DNA from: an uncultured archaeon | Lineage (GTDB): Archaea; Asgardarchaeota; Thorarchaeia; Thorarchaeales; Thorarchaeaceae | DNA: 64,000 nucleotides | NCBI GenBank assembly: GCA_964558645.1 | Contig: CAZLEV010000005.1 | Span: forward strand, 32,001 to 96,000 | Reading direction: 5' to 3' | Shown here: positions 1-10,197 of the stretch, in pieces | Numbering within the stretch: position 1 is the first letter of the stretch | Layout: each line of letters starts with the position of its first letter | Notes under the pieces: model-generated | Told to the model about the DNA's origin: nothing | Seen by the model: only the letters and a program-made list of their open reading frames with translations | Databases searched by the model: none | Made by a program: the position numbers and the translations under genes

Positions 1-2
1 TT

Positions 3-968
3 GTGGCAGTGTGTGCTGTTCGAACGGGATGCGGGAAGAGTCAGACTTCACGTCGTGTGAACCAGATTCTTGTTGACATGGGTCTGAAGCCGGTGAACAT
101 CCGTCACCCGATGCCGTACGATCCCGACCTCACTACACAGATTGCCCAGCGCTACGAGAAGTTAGAGGACATGGACAAGTACAACTGCACAATCGAGGAG
201 CGAGAAGAGTACGAGCCCATGATCAATATGGGAGTAATCCTCTACGCTGGCGTGGATTACGAGAAGATAATCAGACAGGCTGAAGAGGAGGCAGATATAA
301 TCACATGGGATGGGGGAAACAATGACTTCCCATTCTACAAGCCGGATCTGTTGATAGTTCTTGTTGACCCACACAGACCAGGACACGAGACGTCATACTA
401 TCCAGGCGAAACCAACCTAAGGATGGCAGATGTGGTCGTGATTAACAAGGTGGAGACAGCCGACTACGAGAACATAGAGAAGGTACGGGAGAACGTTCAG
501 AGGGTCAATCCCGATGCTATCATTGTTGACGCGGCATCACCAGTGGGGGTCGAGGATATGTCGATCATACGAGGCAAGAGAGTTTTGGTAGTAGAAGATG
601 GTCCAACTGTTACTCACGGCGACATGGCCTACGGGGCAGGATACATCGCAGCAAGGAAGGCTGGAGCCGAAATCGTCGACCCACGCCCCTTTGCAGTGGG
701 CAGTATCAAGGACACCTTCGAGAAGTATACTCACCTTGAAAACGTTCTACCTGCCATGGGCTATGGCAAGGAACAGATGAAAGAGCTAGAGAAGACTATC
801 GATAAGGCTGATGTAGATGCCGTTGTGATCGGAACTCCTATCGACTTGGCAAAACTGATTGATATCAAGAAGCCCAATACCAGAGTTCGGTATGACCTCC
901 AAGAAATCGGAAAGCCGGACCTCGAAGACATTCTCAAGGAGTTCGTTGAGAAACACAATCTCAGATAA
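3..968 (+). CDS. P-loop GTPase, cyclic 2,3-diphosphoglycerate synthetase-like (COG2403); 5'-truncated by window
   Basis: AVRTGCGKS P-loop, RHPMPY, TIEEREEYE, WDGGNND, VEDGPT motifs typical of this family. Confidence 0.8.
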   Translation: MAVCAVRTGCGKSQTSRRVNQILVDMGLKPVNIRHPMPYDPDLTTQIAQRYEKLEDMDKYNCTIEEREEYEPMINMGVILYAGVDYEKIIRQAEEEADIITWDGGNNDFPFYKPDLLIVLVDPHRPGHETSYYPGETNLRMADVVVINKVETADYENIEKVRENVQRVNPDAIIVDAASPVGVEDMSIIRGKRVLVVEDGPTVTHGDMAYGAGYIAARKAGAEIVDPRPFAVGSIKDTFEKYTHLENVLPAMGYGKEQMKELEKTIDKADVDAVVIGTPIDLAKLIDIKKPNTRVRYDLQEIGKPDLEDILKEFVEKHNLR

Positions 969-977
969 TCAACTGCG

Positions 978-1010
978 ATCCCGGGACAACTCCGGGATTG
1001 TTCTTTCTTT
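978..1010 (+). terminator. Hairpin plus T-tract, putative terminator
   Basis: ATCCCGG..CCGGGAT inverted repeat followed by tgttctttctttt directly after the stop codon. Confidence 0.5.
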
Positions 1011-1090
1011 TCGGCGAGATGCATAAGAAGATGGTATATTAGCAACTGCATCACTATAACTCAACAGATAGTTATGAAGGAGACTGAAGA

Positions 1091-1474
1091 ATGACAGAGA
1101 TACCACTACCTGGAGATGCAACCAAACGGCCAGACAGAGAAAGACCTCTAGGTGTCAGCATTCTAGCCCTACTCCAATTCCTGCAGGCAATAACATTATT
1201 GCTGGTGGGTGTTGTTGTTCTGATTGGTGGAAGTATTATTCTACCGATTATTGGAACAGCTATAGGGGCGTTCATAGTGCTCATCGGCTTGTTCTCGTTC
1301 TATGTTGGTTTGGGCCTCTGGAACCTCCAATCTTGGGCCTGGATATGGGCAATGATAATGAATATCTTGGGAATCCTGATAGGTCTTATCACTGGCAGTA
1401 TCTGGGGCGTCTTGATCTCTTTGATCATCGTGATATATCTGAATACACCAGATACTAAGACCCTCTTCAGATAG
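1091..1474 (+). CDS. Small integral membrane protein (about 4 TM)
   Basis: RPLGVSILA start, hydrophobic helices, GLWNLQSWAW. Confidence 0.75.
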   Translation: MTEIPLPGDATKRPDRERPLGVSILALLQFLQAITLLLVGVVVLIGGSIILPIIGTAIGAFIVLIGLFSFYVGLGLWNLQSWAWIWAMIMNILGILIGLITGSIWGVLISLIIVIYLNTPDTKTLFR

Positions 1475-1544
1475 AAGCATAGGATTGCGCAATAGAGTGA
1501 GTGAGAAGCACCGCTCATGGTGCTCTCACTGACGGGTATTTTCT

Positions 1545-2516
1545 TTACCACCAATCTTGGGTCTGCTCGAGTTCAGTAGATTCTCTAGCTTCGAGATCTC
1601 GATATAGCACAGCCTGAAAGACAAAGTCGATCGGATTGAAGAACAAGGCTGCAACCAGAGAAGATGCTATGGAACTCCATTCTCCAAGGACTCCGGTTTC
1701 ATTGAGGAGGAAAGCAATTACGGCCCCTAGCATGCCGATAAGGATACCAAGGAGTACACGAGCACCCACAATGTGCCAGAAGTTGCCGCCTGTGAGACCC
1801 CAAGCCCTCTTGACTGAGTCTATTGCCCCACTATTCTCCGCAACACAGACAGCTAGTGCTGGAGACAATCGGACATTCACATAGACGACGACTATCAATG
1901 ATCCGATAATTGCCACCAAAGCTACCAGAAGAAGCTCGATAGATACTTGCTGCCCGACAATGACCAAGAACAAGATACCGAAGGTGAAGAGAATCCCCGG
2001 TAAGAAAATAGCCAGGGAGATAAGTCCGACTACGAGCTGTACACCAATCAATGGAGCTATTCGAGACATGGAATACGATAAACCATCGCTTACTGAGCTA
2101 GAACCAGGATCTGCGTAATCGGATAGAGTGAGGCGAATTGCTGCCCCTGCAGAAGCAGCAAAGATGATCATACCTGCAACCATCAGGATAAGCAAGATGG
2201 CTGCGCTCTGCTCGGGGTCTACAGCAAAGAGCAATAGGTTCAGTACCACGCTGAGTGGGTCCGTTGCCACCAGATCGATTAGATCGAGCGCCTGAGATGG
2301 GAATGTAATCCACAGAACTGCATAACTCAGCAGCGTATACATTATTCCAAGCAATCCTATCAGGAGGATATATTCTAAGATCCGTCGTCCGTACATAGAA
2401 AGCGTCCTTGAAACAAGACCTATCGCGGAAAGCCTATACTCTCTTGGAGCGTAATCAACGGGTCTCGCACCCGGGCTCGGTTCTAGTGCCACTTTTGCTC
2501 GCCTCTCTGTATCCAA
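1545..2516 (-). CDS. Multi-pass membrane protein (GDPD-membrane-domain-like)
   Basis: About 6 hydrophobic segments, SVKRAWGLTGGNFW and LYRDL motifs. Confidence 0.65.
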   Translation of the reverse strand: MDTERRAKVALEPSPGARPVDYAPREYRLSAIGLVSRTLSMYGRRILEYILLIGLLGIMYTLLSYAVLWITFPSQALDLIDLVATDPLSVVLNLLLFAVDPEQSAAILLILMVAGMIIFAASAGAAIRLTLSDYADPGSSSVSDGLSYSMSRIAPLIGVQLVVGLISLAIFLPGILFTFGILFLVIVGQQVSIELLLVALVAIIGSLIVVVYVNVRLSPALAVCVAENSGAIDSVKRAWGLTGGNFWHIVGARVLLGILIGMLGAVIAFLLNETGVLGEWSSIASSLVAALFFNPIDFVFQAVLYRDLEARESTELEQTQDWW

Positions 2517-2560
2517 GTGTATTCCAGTTATATCATCTGCGAAGAGGGATGCGAGGGCTA

Positions 2561-4153
2561 TTAGGCCGGCTTAGGCCGGACATCCGATATCTCCATGAAC
2601 TTCATCCCACCAGCCTTCTCCATCAACTGCTCAAATGGCATGATGAAGACACTAGGAGTCACTTCTGTCGAGTTCTTGGTAATCCGCTTGATTTCGGAAA
2701 TCAAGGAATCGTAGTTGGCGTCAGCTGAACCCGTAGGCGCCACATATACATTGAGAACATCCATGCTGTATGGATCGTCCATGTCTTCCTTTGCAATCTC
2801 TACTTGGATCTCTTCTACCTCTCCTAGTTGGAGAAGATCGCTCCGCAATGCCGTAAGGTTGACGGTTGCACCCTTGACCTTCTTTTCGCTAAGGCCCATG
2901 ATTTCAATCTGAGCTTGGGCATCGTTCTGTCGACCGATGTCCCAGAAGAAGGGGCCATCCATACCACACATGGGGCACCTACCGTTCTCGTGTCGTGAAG
3001 CAACATCACCCAATAGGAACCCTTCGAAGATTGTACCGGTGCCATCGAGATGGAACAATGTGACATGACCAGACTCATCTTCATCCACGAACTCCCAGCT
3101 CCCGTCATCATTGACCCTGACAAACTCGAACGAGAGCATCAGAGGACTGACATTGTGGTATGGGCCATCGTAGCAACACTGAACTCCAAAGGATATCTTA
3201 CTCTCAGATGAGGCATAGCCACCGATGACGCGCACTTCCTTAGCACCTTTGCTCTCAAGAGTCTGTACCATATCATCAACCACCGGACCGTAAATCTTCT
3301 CGCCTGCAAGGAGAAGAACTACCTTCTCCGGAGCCTCATAGTCTGCCTCTTTCATCTCTCGGAAGAATCGATTTCGTAGATATGAAGGCATGCCCGCAAA
3401 ACCATTTACATGGAAACCCTTGGCTATCTCAACAAGCTTCGCGCTTGGAATAGCACCGCCTGCACTGGTGGCGACATAGAATTTCGACATCTGCTTCAGG
3501 CCAAGGTTCACAGCGTGCCATCCAAGATGCGGCGCGTATGGAAATAGATTCATGCTGATAAGCTCCCAACCGTCAGCAACCCACGGGTCAACAGCCATCT
3601 GCCCCACCTTGACACAGTTCTTGAACAACAAGTCATTATCATGACGTGTAAGGAACACAGGAGCAGGTAGACCTGATGCTCTACCCGAACTCAGCCAGAA
3701 CTGGAGAGGGGCATAGTTGTAGGTCAGACGTTCCTTAATTCGGCCCATCGCAGCCTCAGCACCAATCTTCAGTTTTGTCTTGATGCCATTGTTCCGTAGC
3801 ATCTTGTACTGCTCATCATAACCTGCAGCCTTGGAGTAAGCCATCACGTTTCTAACAATCTCGGCTGGAGAACGGTCCTGACCATCCACCTCCGAGGGAT
3901 TGAGCACAAACTCCCTGAGGTTGTCTTTATAGTCAACCTTCCTGACAAGTGGAATCTGGTATTTCTCCCAGTCTTCGATGCATGTGATACTGAATGGGTC
4001 AATATCATTCTCCTTGAAAAGACGCCGATAATAGGGATGATTAGGCCAGACCTGATAGCGAATGAAGGCCTTGAACTTCTTGTCTTGGAGTTCTTTTATC
4101 TCTCTATGATTCGTTCTCTTCAGTTCCTTGAACGTAAACGTGGTCTTGGTCAT
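2561..4153 (-). CDS. Phenylacetate-CoA ligase (PaaK)-like adenylate-forming enzyme
   Basis: PYYRRLF, IPLVRK, SSGRASG, YASSE, GD, KVKGATV motifs; start placed at ATG 4153. Confidence 0.7.
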   Translation of the reverse strand: MTKTTFTFKELKRTNHREIKELQDKKFKAFIRYQVWPNHPYYRRLFKENDIDPFSITCIEDWEKYQIPLVRKVDYKDNLREFVLNPSEVDGQDRSPAEIVRNVMAYSKAAGYDEQYKMLRNNGIKTKLKIGAEAAMGRIKERLTYNYAPLQFWLSSGRASGLPAPVFLTRHDNDLLFKNCVKVGQMAVDPWVADGWELISMNLFPYAPHLGWHAVNLGLKQMSKFYVATSAGGAIPSAKLVEIAKGFHVNGFAGMPSYLRNRFFREMKEADYEAPEKVVLLLAGEKIYGPVVDDMVQTLESKGAKEVRVIGGYASSESKISFGVQCCYDGPYHNVSPLMLSFEFVRVNDDGSWEFVDEDESGHVTLFHLDGTGTIFEGFLLGDVASRHENGRCPMCGMDGPFFWDIGRQNDAQAQIEIMGLSEKKVKGATVNLTALRSDLLQLGEVEEIQVEIAKEDMDDPYSMDVLNVYVAPTGSADANYDSLISEIKRITKNSTEVTPSVFIMPFEQLMEKAGGMKFMEISDVRPKPA

Positions 4154-4233
4154 TCGACAGCCTCCGAACTGATTTTCGACACTCTGAACGCTCGAATGAA
4201 ACGCCAATAATAAACGTTTTGAGTGATGTTGTC

Positions 4234-4767
4234 ATGACCGTATTCGAAGGTAGTAAGCTCTTTACAGTAGAAAGTCATAATAATGCTGTAGACTTTCTCA
4301 ACAGGTTGAGGTTCGCCTTTAGGAGTGCAGCAGTGTTGAGTGAGACCGACGAGAAGCTACAGAAAGGCATCATCGAGTTGGATAAAGGGAATGAGAAGAA
4401 GGCTTTTGGTTACTTCAAAGAGGTTTTTGAGAGCAGACAGGACCGTCTAATCAGGAAGGTCCAGGAGAATCCTAAATCGCCCACGCTGATGCTGGACTCG
4501 CTCTACATGATCCACGCACTTGTCTGGCTAAGGGTAGCGGAGGCCGGAATGAAACCAAAAGACGCACTTGAACTGCTCGGGAAGGCTGTCGGAACAGTTG
4601 AGTCTGCGCGGACAGCACTCGCACCATTGGTCACTGGTCTTGCTCAATGGGCCAATGAGAAGAACATCACGGTTGTTCAGAACAAGGCACTGGGACTTCT
4701 TGCTGCAACCAAAGACCTTGAAGAAATGGCCAAAAAGGCCCTCGACGCGCAACGAAGAATGAAATAG
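4234..4767 (+). CDS. Hypothetical alpha-helical protein
   Basis: Long ORF with normal composition, TPR-like helix pair. Confidence 0.65.
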   Translation: MTVFEGSKLFTVESHNNAVDFLNRLRFAFRSAAVLSETDEKLQKGIIELDKGNEKKAFGYFKEVFESRQDRLIRKVQENPKSPTLMLDSLYMIHALVWLRVAEAGMKPKDALELLGKAVGTVESARTALAPLVTGLAQWANEKNITVVQNKALGLLAATKDLEEMAKKALDAQRRMK

Positions 4768-4892
4768 AGCTACTTCGCTCTTCTTGTTGCTGGCCATGAG
4801 CTGATGTCTTGCCCTCAGGACAAGTTTAGTAAAGGTATGAAACAGCATTTAGAGCGTGCAGACTCTTTGCAAGAGAAGGGGTTTTGTGTATT

Positions 4893-5138
4893 ATGATCAC
4901 TGCGTTTGTGAGTATGTCAGTCACACCAGGTTCAGATGAGGAGATAGTCAAAGACTTCGTCAAGCACGACGTCGTGGATGAAGCGTGGCTGACCACAGGA
5001 GAGTTTGATGTGCTTCTGATTATGAAAAGCGAAGACGCAGAAACGATAAACGAGTTTGTGAACAACGAAGTCAGGGGCACAGAAGGAGTACTAAGAACTG
5101 TGGTGACATTTGGAATCCAATCACTCAGACATGATTAG
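4893..5138 (+). CDS. Lrp/AsnC ligand-binding (RAM) domain protein
   Basis: TTGEFDVL and GVLRTVVT motifs; no HTH. Confidence 0.85.
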   Translation: MITAFVSMSVTPGSDEEIVKDFVKHDVVDEAWLTTGEFDVLLIMKSEDAETINEFVNNEVRGTEGVLRTVVTFGIQSLRHD

Positions 5139-5473
5139 CGCTTGTTCATCTCTTCTGCCCATTCCCTTGCCGGGAATCGATTCTCCATGATCTCAAGTTC
5201 GCGAAGAATACTGTCTTCTACGTCCACGTTGAAGTGATTGGCAAGCTGGGTGAACAACGAGAATACTTGAGCGAACTCTCGCGATATCGCCTCACTGTCC
5301 GGCGCCTCATGACCTAGGCCAATCACCTTGTATCCTTCTTCAACTGTGATGTGCCGAGATATCTCACCTAGCTCCTCGACCAGATGGGCGAAGACCTGCG
5401 AAGCAGGAAACTTCTGCCAACCCCGCTCTTCATTGAACTGTTGGATTCTCTCTTGAATCTCCTTGAGATGCAT
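5135..5473 (-). CDS. MazG-like nucleotide pyrophosphohydrolase
   Basis: ERGW, LVEELGEI, EFAQV (ExxD variant), LANHFNVD. Confidence 0.8.
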   Translation of the reverse strand: MHLKEIQERIQQFNEERGWQKFPASQVFAHLVEELGEISRHITVEEGYKVIGLGHEAPDSEAISREFAQVFSLFTQLANHFNVDVEDSILRELEIMENRFPAREWAEEMNKR

Positions 5474-6181
5474 TTACTTCATCCTCTTTATGATTTCCAT
5501 AACCTGAGCTCGAGCCTGAGCAAGGTGTTTCTCGGAAGGCTGGTCAAGCATTCCTAAGGGGGTAGACTCGGAGAGTGGTTCACCACCCAGAAACATTGCC
5601 TCACTTACACTATCCATCATCTCAACTGGAGGAAGAACTGCACATGCTAAAATGAACGATGTCTTGACTGTAGAGATGTTTGTGATAATACTCCAGATTC
5701 TCTTTCCGTCTGTACATCGGCACTCTGTCAGGTTAGATGCGCCAGCAACAGGTTTCACCTGACTTACCTCCACCGCCAAGATATCAACGGCATGCCCCGG
5801 ATCATCATCGTACTGTTTCAAACGTCTCTGAAACCCCTTGGCTACACGCATGCAGTAGTTCATCTCTGCATGGATAAGTCGGTCTCTTGTCGTCTTGGGT
5901 TTGAAACCTGTAGTTGAAGCCGCATCATCATATCGTTCCCCTATCTCCGTGACTGCACTGACCATCTGCTGTGTAGCATCCAAGTTAGCAAGCTCTGGCG
6001 CAGGAAGATAAGAATACTTCACCTCATAGAGGAAGCGACCTGCTCTGCTCAGAAGTTCAGCGAGATTGGAGTAGTCTATATGCATCTTCAGCTTCCTATT
6101 TCCAATTATGTCATTGAGCCTCGCAAGAGACTCCTCCAGAACTAGCACTCGCGCGTCCTTTGCAGTGTCCAAGGAAGTCAC
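5474..6181 (-). CDS. tRNA-binding protein with C-terminal EMAP/Trbp111 OB fold (COG2517-like)
   Basis: DTAKD N-terminus, KYSY, ITN, LPP...SEAMFLG. Confidence 0.8.
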   Translation of the reverse strand: MTSLDTAKDARVLVLEESLARLNDIIGNRKLKMHIDYSNLAELLSRAGRFLYEVKYSYLPAPELANLDATQQMVSAVTEIGERYDDAASTTGFKPKTTRDRLIHAEMNYCMRVAKGFQRRLKQYDDDPGHAVDILAVEVSQVKPVAGASNLTECRCTDGKRIWSIITNISTVKTSFILACAVLPPVEMMDSVSEAMFLGGEPLSESTPLGMLDQPSEKHLAQARAQVMEIIKRMK

Positions 6182-6300
6182 CGCCCATAATCTTCTTGAT
6201 GGGATAATAAGGCTAGCTCTTCAAATCAATAGAGCACACGAACTGATATATACCAAAATGCGATAATCGTAAGACAAGCCAGTGAGCGGAGACTAACTCA

Positions 6301-6918
6301 TTGATTCAGGCAGTATACGTCCTAGTTGCAGAGAGCGGGTTGTGCGTTGTTGATCGAAAATATGGAGAAGCAACAATGGACCCAAATCTGATCAGCGGGT
6401 TTCTGACAGCCCTCATACAGTTCGGTCGTGAGCTGAGCTCAGGGAACAGGGTCCACGTGATAGATTTTGGAGCCTTCGATATCTGCCTCTCACTGAGAGA
6501 TGACGTGATTGTGGCCGGTTCTGTCGACAAGACAGACGACACCAATGCAGCTATGGCAATCTTGGCGGATGTCAACAACGCGTTTGTCCGTAAGTACGGC
6601 GAAGACCTCAAGAACTGGGACGGTAACCTTGAGCGTTTTGACTTGTTCACCGACAAGATTGATGAGATAACTAAGATGGGGAAAGCCTCCGAGAAAAAAG
6701 TGCTAGTTCCGGTTCTCAAGGGGCGGGTCTCACCCATGCTAGTCAGGCTTGGTCAGCTTGAGCAGTCCACTTTCGATGTGGCGCAGATGTGCAAGGGAAA
6801 ACTGACTTCTCGCGCCATTGCCGACCAGATTGGAAAGCATCTAAGAGATGTCCAGAAAGCCCTTCACGACCTGGAAGATATGCAGATGCTCGAATGGAAA
6901 GAAATTGGCTCTGAGTGA
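6301..6918 (+). CDS. Longin-like domain plus C-terminal winged HTH
   Basis: MIQAVYVL..SGLC...DPNLISGFLTALIQFG...FVRKYG..L..WDG longin pattern; C-terminal TSRAIADQIG...KALHDLE HTH. Confidence 0.7.
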   Translation: MIQAVYVLVAESGLCVVDRKYGEATMDPNLISGFLTALIQFGRELSSGNRVHVIDFGAFDICLSLRDDVIVAGSVDKTDDTNAAMAILADVNNAFVRKYGEDLKNWDGNLERFDLFTDKIDEITKMGKASEKKVLVPVLKGRVSPMLVRLGQLEQSTFDVAQMCKGKLTSRAIADQIGKHLRDVQKALHDLEDMQMLEWKEIGSE

Positions 6919-6998
6919 GTGCTTTCACCTGCCGTGTGGAAGTTCAGCCGCTCGGCCCCCTCCCAACTAACAACCGGGAGACTCAATTCTGCAGAGTC

Positions 6999-7718
6999 CT
7001 ATCCTTTTGTGGACCACTCGTTTCCCACTGCTATGAGAATCAGAGCAATGACTATCAGGCCCGGTGCAAGCACACCGGGAACTGTGTAGGAGCCGAATAT
7101 CATATCCGCAAGATAGTGTCGTCCTGCATGCACAACCCTCCCTGCGAAGAGCACCATGAATCCAAGACCCAACATGAAGTTCGATCTTCGAAGGAGGCCT
7201 CCAGAAACATATGATAAATACCAAAAGAGGCCTGGAATGAAGAGGGCGTAAACAAGTCCTGCACCCCCGGCTAGAGATGTTCTTGTCCAGTAATCAAGAG
7301 GTGCAACGGCAAGAACCACACCGATGAGAATCGCGGGAATGGCAAAAGCTATCTCCGCCCATCTCTTCCCGAATATCATGAATCCTGCTGTTGCAGACAG
7401 AGTTGCCAAGGCCATCCATTGGAGGAAGGCGCCCATAGCTAGCCATGGTGATGCATCAGGAAGTAGGACTGTGACACCAAGATCAGGAAGACTTCCATAA
7501 AGGGAAGTCGGGTCTGCATAGAAGTCACCCACAAAGTAGAAAGCACGTCCAAGGGCCAGGAGCAGGAAGAACAGGGCCATTGCGAATTGGAAGGGATTCC
7601 TTGTGTTTCGCCATCTAAAGAATAGCAGAAATATGAACAAGAAGAAATAGTAACCAACGACCAGAAACCAAAGCCCGATATGGACTTCTCGGATAGCCAT
7701 GTCAATTGTCTGCATCAT
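6999..7718 (-). CDS. Integral membrane protein (about 7 TM)
   Basis: Seven hydrophobic segments; start placed at ATG 7718 after GGTGA. Confidence 0.75.
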   Translation of the reverse strand: MMQTIDMAIREVHIGLWFLVVGYYFFLFIFLLFFRWRNTRNPFQFAMALFFLLLALGRAFYFVGDFYADPTSLYGSLPDLGVTVLLPDASPWLAMGAFLQWMALATLSATAGFMIFGKRWAEIAFAIPAILIGVVLAVAPLDYWTRTSLAGGAGLVYALFIPGLFWYLSYVSGGLLRRSNFMLGLGFMVLFAGRVVHAGRHYLADMIFGSYTVPGVLAPGLIVIALILIAVGNEWSTKG

Positions 7719-7800
7719 CTGACTCTCACCTAACAGGATACACCTGAAGAAACGAAGAGCTCCCAACAAATAAAGATATTCCGCGTAATAACAGACATAA

Positions 7801-8271
7801 GTGCAAGCAACTTCTATAACCTGTTCTGTCTATTCTCATCGATGTAATCACAGGATTGATGATTCCTTGACTAGAAAGACGTGGAGCTTAACGAGAGCAG
7901 ATGGTCAAGAAGAGACCTTCATTGATATCAGGAGAAAGGTGGGCAATCAAATTGTGAGAGCATACCTTCTTGAGCGCATAACAGCCAGTGGTGCCATCGA
8001 TAGAATGAAGGCAACTCTAAAGGGACCGAGGAACGAGTTCAAGGACTTCGATAGATATCTGATCTTGTCTGTCCAGAACGGAGTAGACTCGTATAGGATT
8101 CTTGCTCAAGCGAAAGTCTACGAAAACCTGAGAATAGTTGCGACAGACAGTGAAGCTGTCAGCGAGGGGAGTCCTGAAGACATCATTTCACTCTTTACTG
8201 AACCCCTAGAAGACCCCACTTCCTATGATGCAAGACTGGTCATCAGTGAAACCTCTGTGGTCGTTGAGTGA
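7801..8271 (+). CDS. Hypothetical protein (start probably TTG 7868)
   Basis: ORF fills the gap between genes; protein-like composition. Confidence 0.6.
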   Translation: MQATSITCSVYSHRCNHRIDDSLTRKTWSLTRADGQEETFIDIRRKVGNQIVRAYLLERITASGAIDRMKATLKGPRNEFKDFDRYLILSVQNGVDSYRILAQAKVYENLRIVATDSEAVSEGSPEDIISLFTEPLEDPTSYDARLVISETSVVVE

Positions 8272-8308
8272 GTTTGTCACTAGTGAGAAATGGATTGATG
8301 TGAACTGA

Positions 8309-8503
8309 ATGCCCGATAGATATGCTGACTGTCCTGTCTGTGGTGCCAAGACTGTATTGAGGATACCTGAGAATATCACAGAAAATGCAACTCGATTTCC
8401 GTTTACCGTGAAGGTAGTCCACAATGATCACTACTTCTATGTGAACCTCGATAGCAGAGCTTGGATAACGGACATACTCCATCCGGATTCGGTCGAGAGT
8501 TAG
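8309..8503 (+). CDS. Small Zn-binding protein (CxxC...HxxH)
   Basis: CPVCG and HNDH ligands. Confidence 0.7.
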   Translation: MPDRYADCPVCGAKTVLRIPENITENATRFPFTVKVVHNDHYFYVNLDSRAWITDILHPDSVES

Positions 8504-8504
8504 T

Positions 8505-9314
8505 CTAGCCGATATAACGGTCAGAGGGGCTTTCATCGGATTCCGAAACAGACTCTATGTTTTCCATTTCGCTCTTGGCCCAGTCGATGAACTTCTCTAC
8601 CTTGGCTTCCCCATCATCGAGAACACTGAGGTCAGCCTTGACTCCAAGATGAGAACACAAGGTCTCCAAGACCTTCTTGGCAGAGCGATAATCCATCTTG
8701 ATCATACCGATTGTTTCGCCAAGAAGACAGGCACTCTCCATATTGTACATAGTTGATGCCCATACTGGAACGATTCCGTTTGCACCTGTAATGATGCCGT
8801 TCTCTGTGCTCACAGTATCAGGTATCTCTAAGAGAGATGAAAGGAGCCCCTTCTCACTGGCAGAGAGGAAGATTCTAGGGTGAGAGGGGTATGAAGCAAA
8901 GAAACTCTTGTAGTCCTGTTCATACGCGGCTAAAGCGTACACCTGCTCCACACCCAAGAATGTGAATTGCTGTGCCATGAAATCAGCATATTCGAACACG
9001 CCTCTGCCACTTGCAGGCTGGAAATCGGCCATGACAATCAGCAGATCGTGCTCCTCATCAGGGGCGGATCTATAAAGATGGATGGAGGACCTGGGAAAAT
9101 GTGACAGACCATCCTTCACGAACACCTTCGGAGGATTGTCCGGACTGAATACTTCCATGAATAACTGTGCGTTGATGATTTGCCCAAGGGTCTCAACAGC
9201 AATCCTACCAACATTTCCGATGCCCGGAAGACCCATTACAGCTACAGGTTTCGATAGCGATGATGAGTCTATATCCAAGTACTTCCGTGAGTACAGATGA
9301 TTCCCGTTATTCAT
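8505..9314 (-). CDS. PAC2 family proteasome assembly chaperone
   Basis: GLPGIGNVG, DFQP, ITGANG, CLLGET, C-terminal YIG (HbYX). Confidence 0.9.
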   Translation of the reverse strand: MNNGNHLYSRKYLDIDSSSLSKPVAVMGLPGIGNVGRIAVETLGQIINAQLFMEVFSPDNPPKVFVKDGLSHFPRSSIHLYRSAPDEEHDLLIVMADFQPASGRGVFEYADFMAQQFTFLGVEQVYALAAYEQDYKSFFASYPSHPRIFLSASEKGLLSSLLEIPDTVSTENGIITGANGIVPVWASTMYNMESACLLGETIGMIKMDYRSAKKVLETLCSHLGVKADLSVLDDGEAKVEKFIDWAKSEMENIESVSESDESPSDRYIG

Positions 9315-9345
9315 AGGTTACCATATGAAGGCTCCAGTTATTGCA

Positions 9346-10113
9346 CTATCGGTTGTCCGATTTGACACCATAGAAAGAAAGAGCGTTGCGTGTGGTCTGT
9401 TCGGCGATAACGCTGATGTCTTGGTCTAGTATCTCAGCAAGACTCTCACAGCCATGTACTATGTTGGCAGGTTCGTTTCGCCCTTCGACAGGTGAGAGAT
9501 ACGGACCATCGGTTTCAAGCATGAGTTGTTCAATAGGAAGAATCCTGGCTGCTTCCGCTCGTTTTCTATACTTAGCAAAATTCGCTGGTAGAGTAATTGA
9601 CCAACCGTTGTCCCGGATGCGTCTGGCATCTTCTACTGAACCTTCGAAGCAATGCATGAGAACTGAACCATGAAACCGTTCTTCTATGAACTCAGTTGCC
9701 CGAGTCTCTGCTTTTCTAGAATGAACCACCAGTGGCAATTCTAACTCCCGAGCCAGATCGATGAACCTCTCGAAGAGCGGCTCCTGAAACCTCCGACCTG
9801 CGTCATCCTTCACCCAGTGATAGTCAAGACCGACCTCGCCCACTGCAACGATTTGATCCCGGTATCTCCTGGTGAGATGTATGATCTTATCGGTCTCTTC
9901 GGGAGTGAGCCTCGAAACAGAAGTCCCTGCAGTATGATAGACCAGACCGGGGTATTTCTCAACAATGCCAAGTGTGCGGCGAAAAGATCCGGGACCTATT
10001 GAACTCGTGACCATTCCGACCACTCCTGCATTGACAGCACGCTCAATGACCTGATTGAGATCGTGTTGGTAGTGCTTCATATCCAGGTGCGTATGTGAGT
10101 CAAATAGACGCAT
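9346..10113 (-). CDS. tatD: TatD family DNase
   Basis: DSHTH, GEVGLDY, HSR, HCF, ETDGPY, NEP. Confidence 0.95.
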   Translation of the reverse strand: MRLFDSHTHLDMKHYQHDLNQVIERAVNAGVVGMVTSSIGPGSFRRTLGIVEKYPGLVYHTAGTSVSRLTPEETDKIIHLTRRYRDQIVAVGEVGLDYHWVKDDAGRRFQEPLFERFIDLARELELPLVVHSRKAETRATEFIEERFHGSVLMHCFEGSVEDARRIRDNGWSITLPANFAKYRKRAEAARILPIEQLMLETDGPYLSPVEGRNEPANIVHGCESLAEILDQDISVIAEQTTRNALSFYGVKSDNR

Positions 10114-10197
10114 TTCGATAACGCTCTCGAGGTCCTATGAATACACCCGCAATTTCCTTTTTATCGTCACTGGTGTGCTAAACACTGGGAAGGCCAA

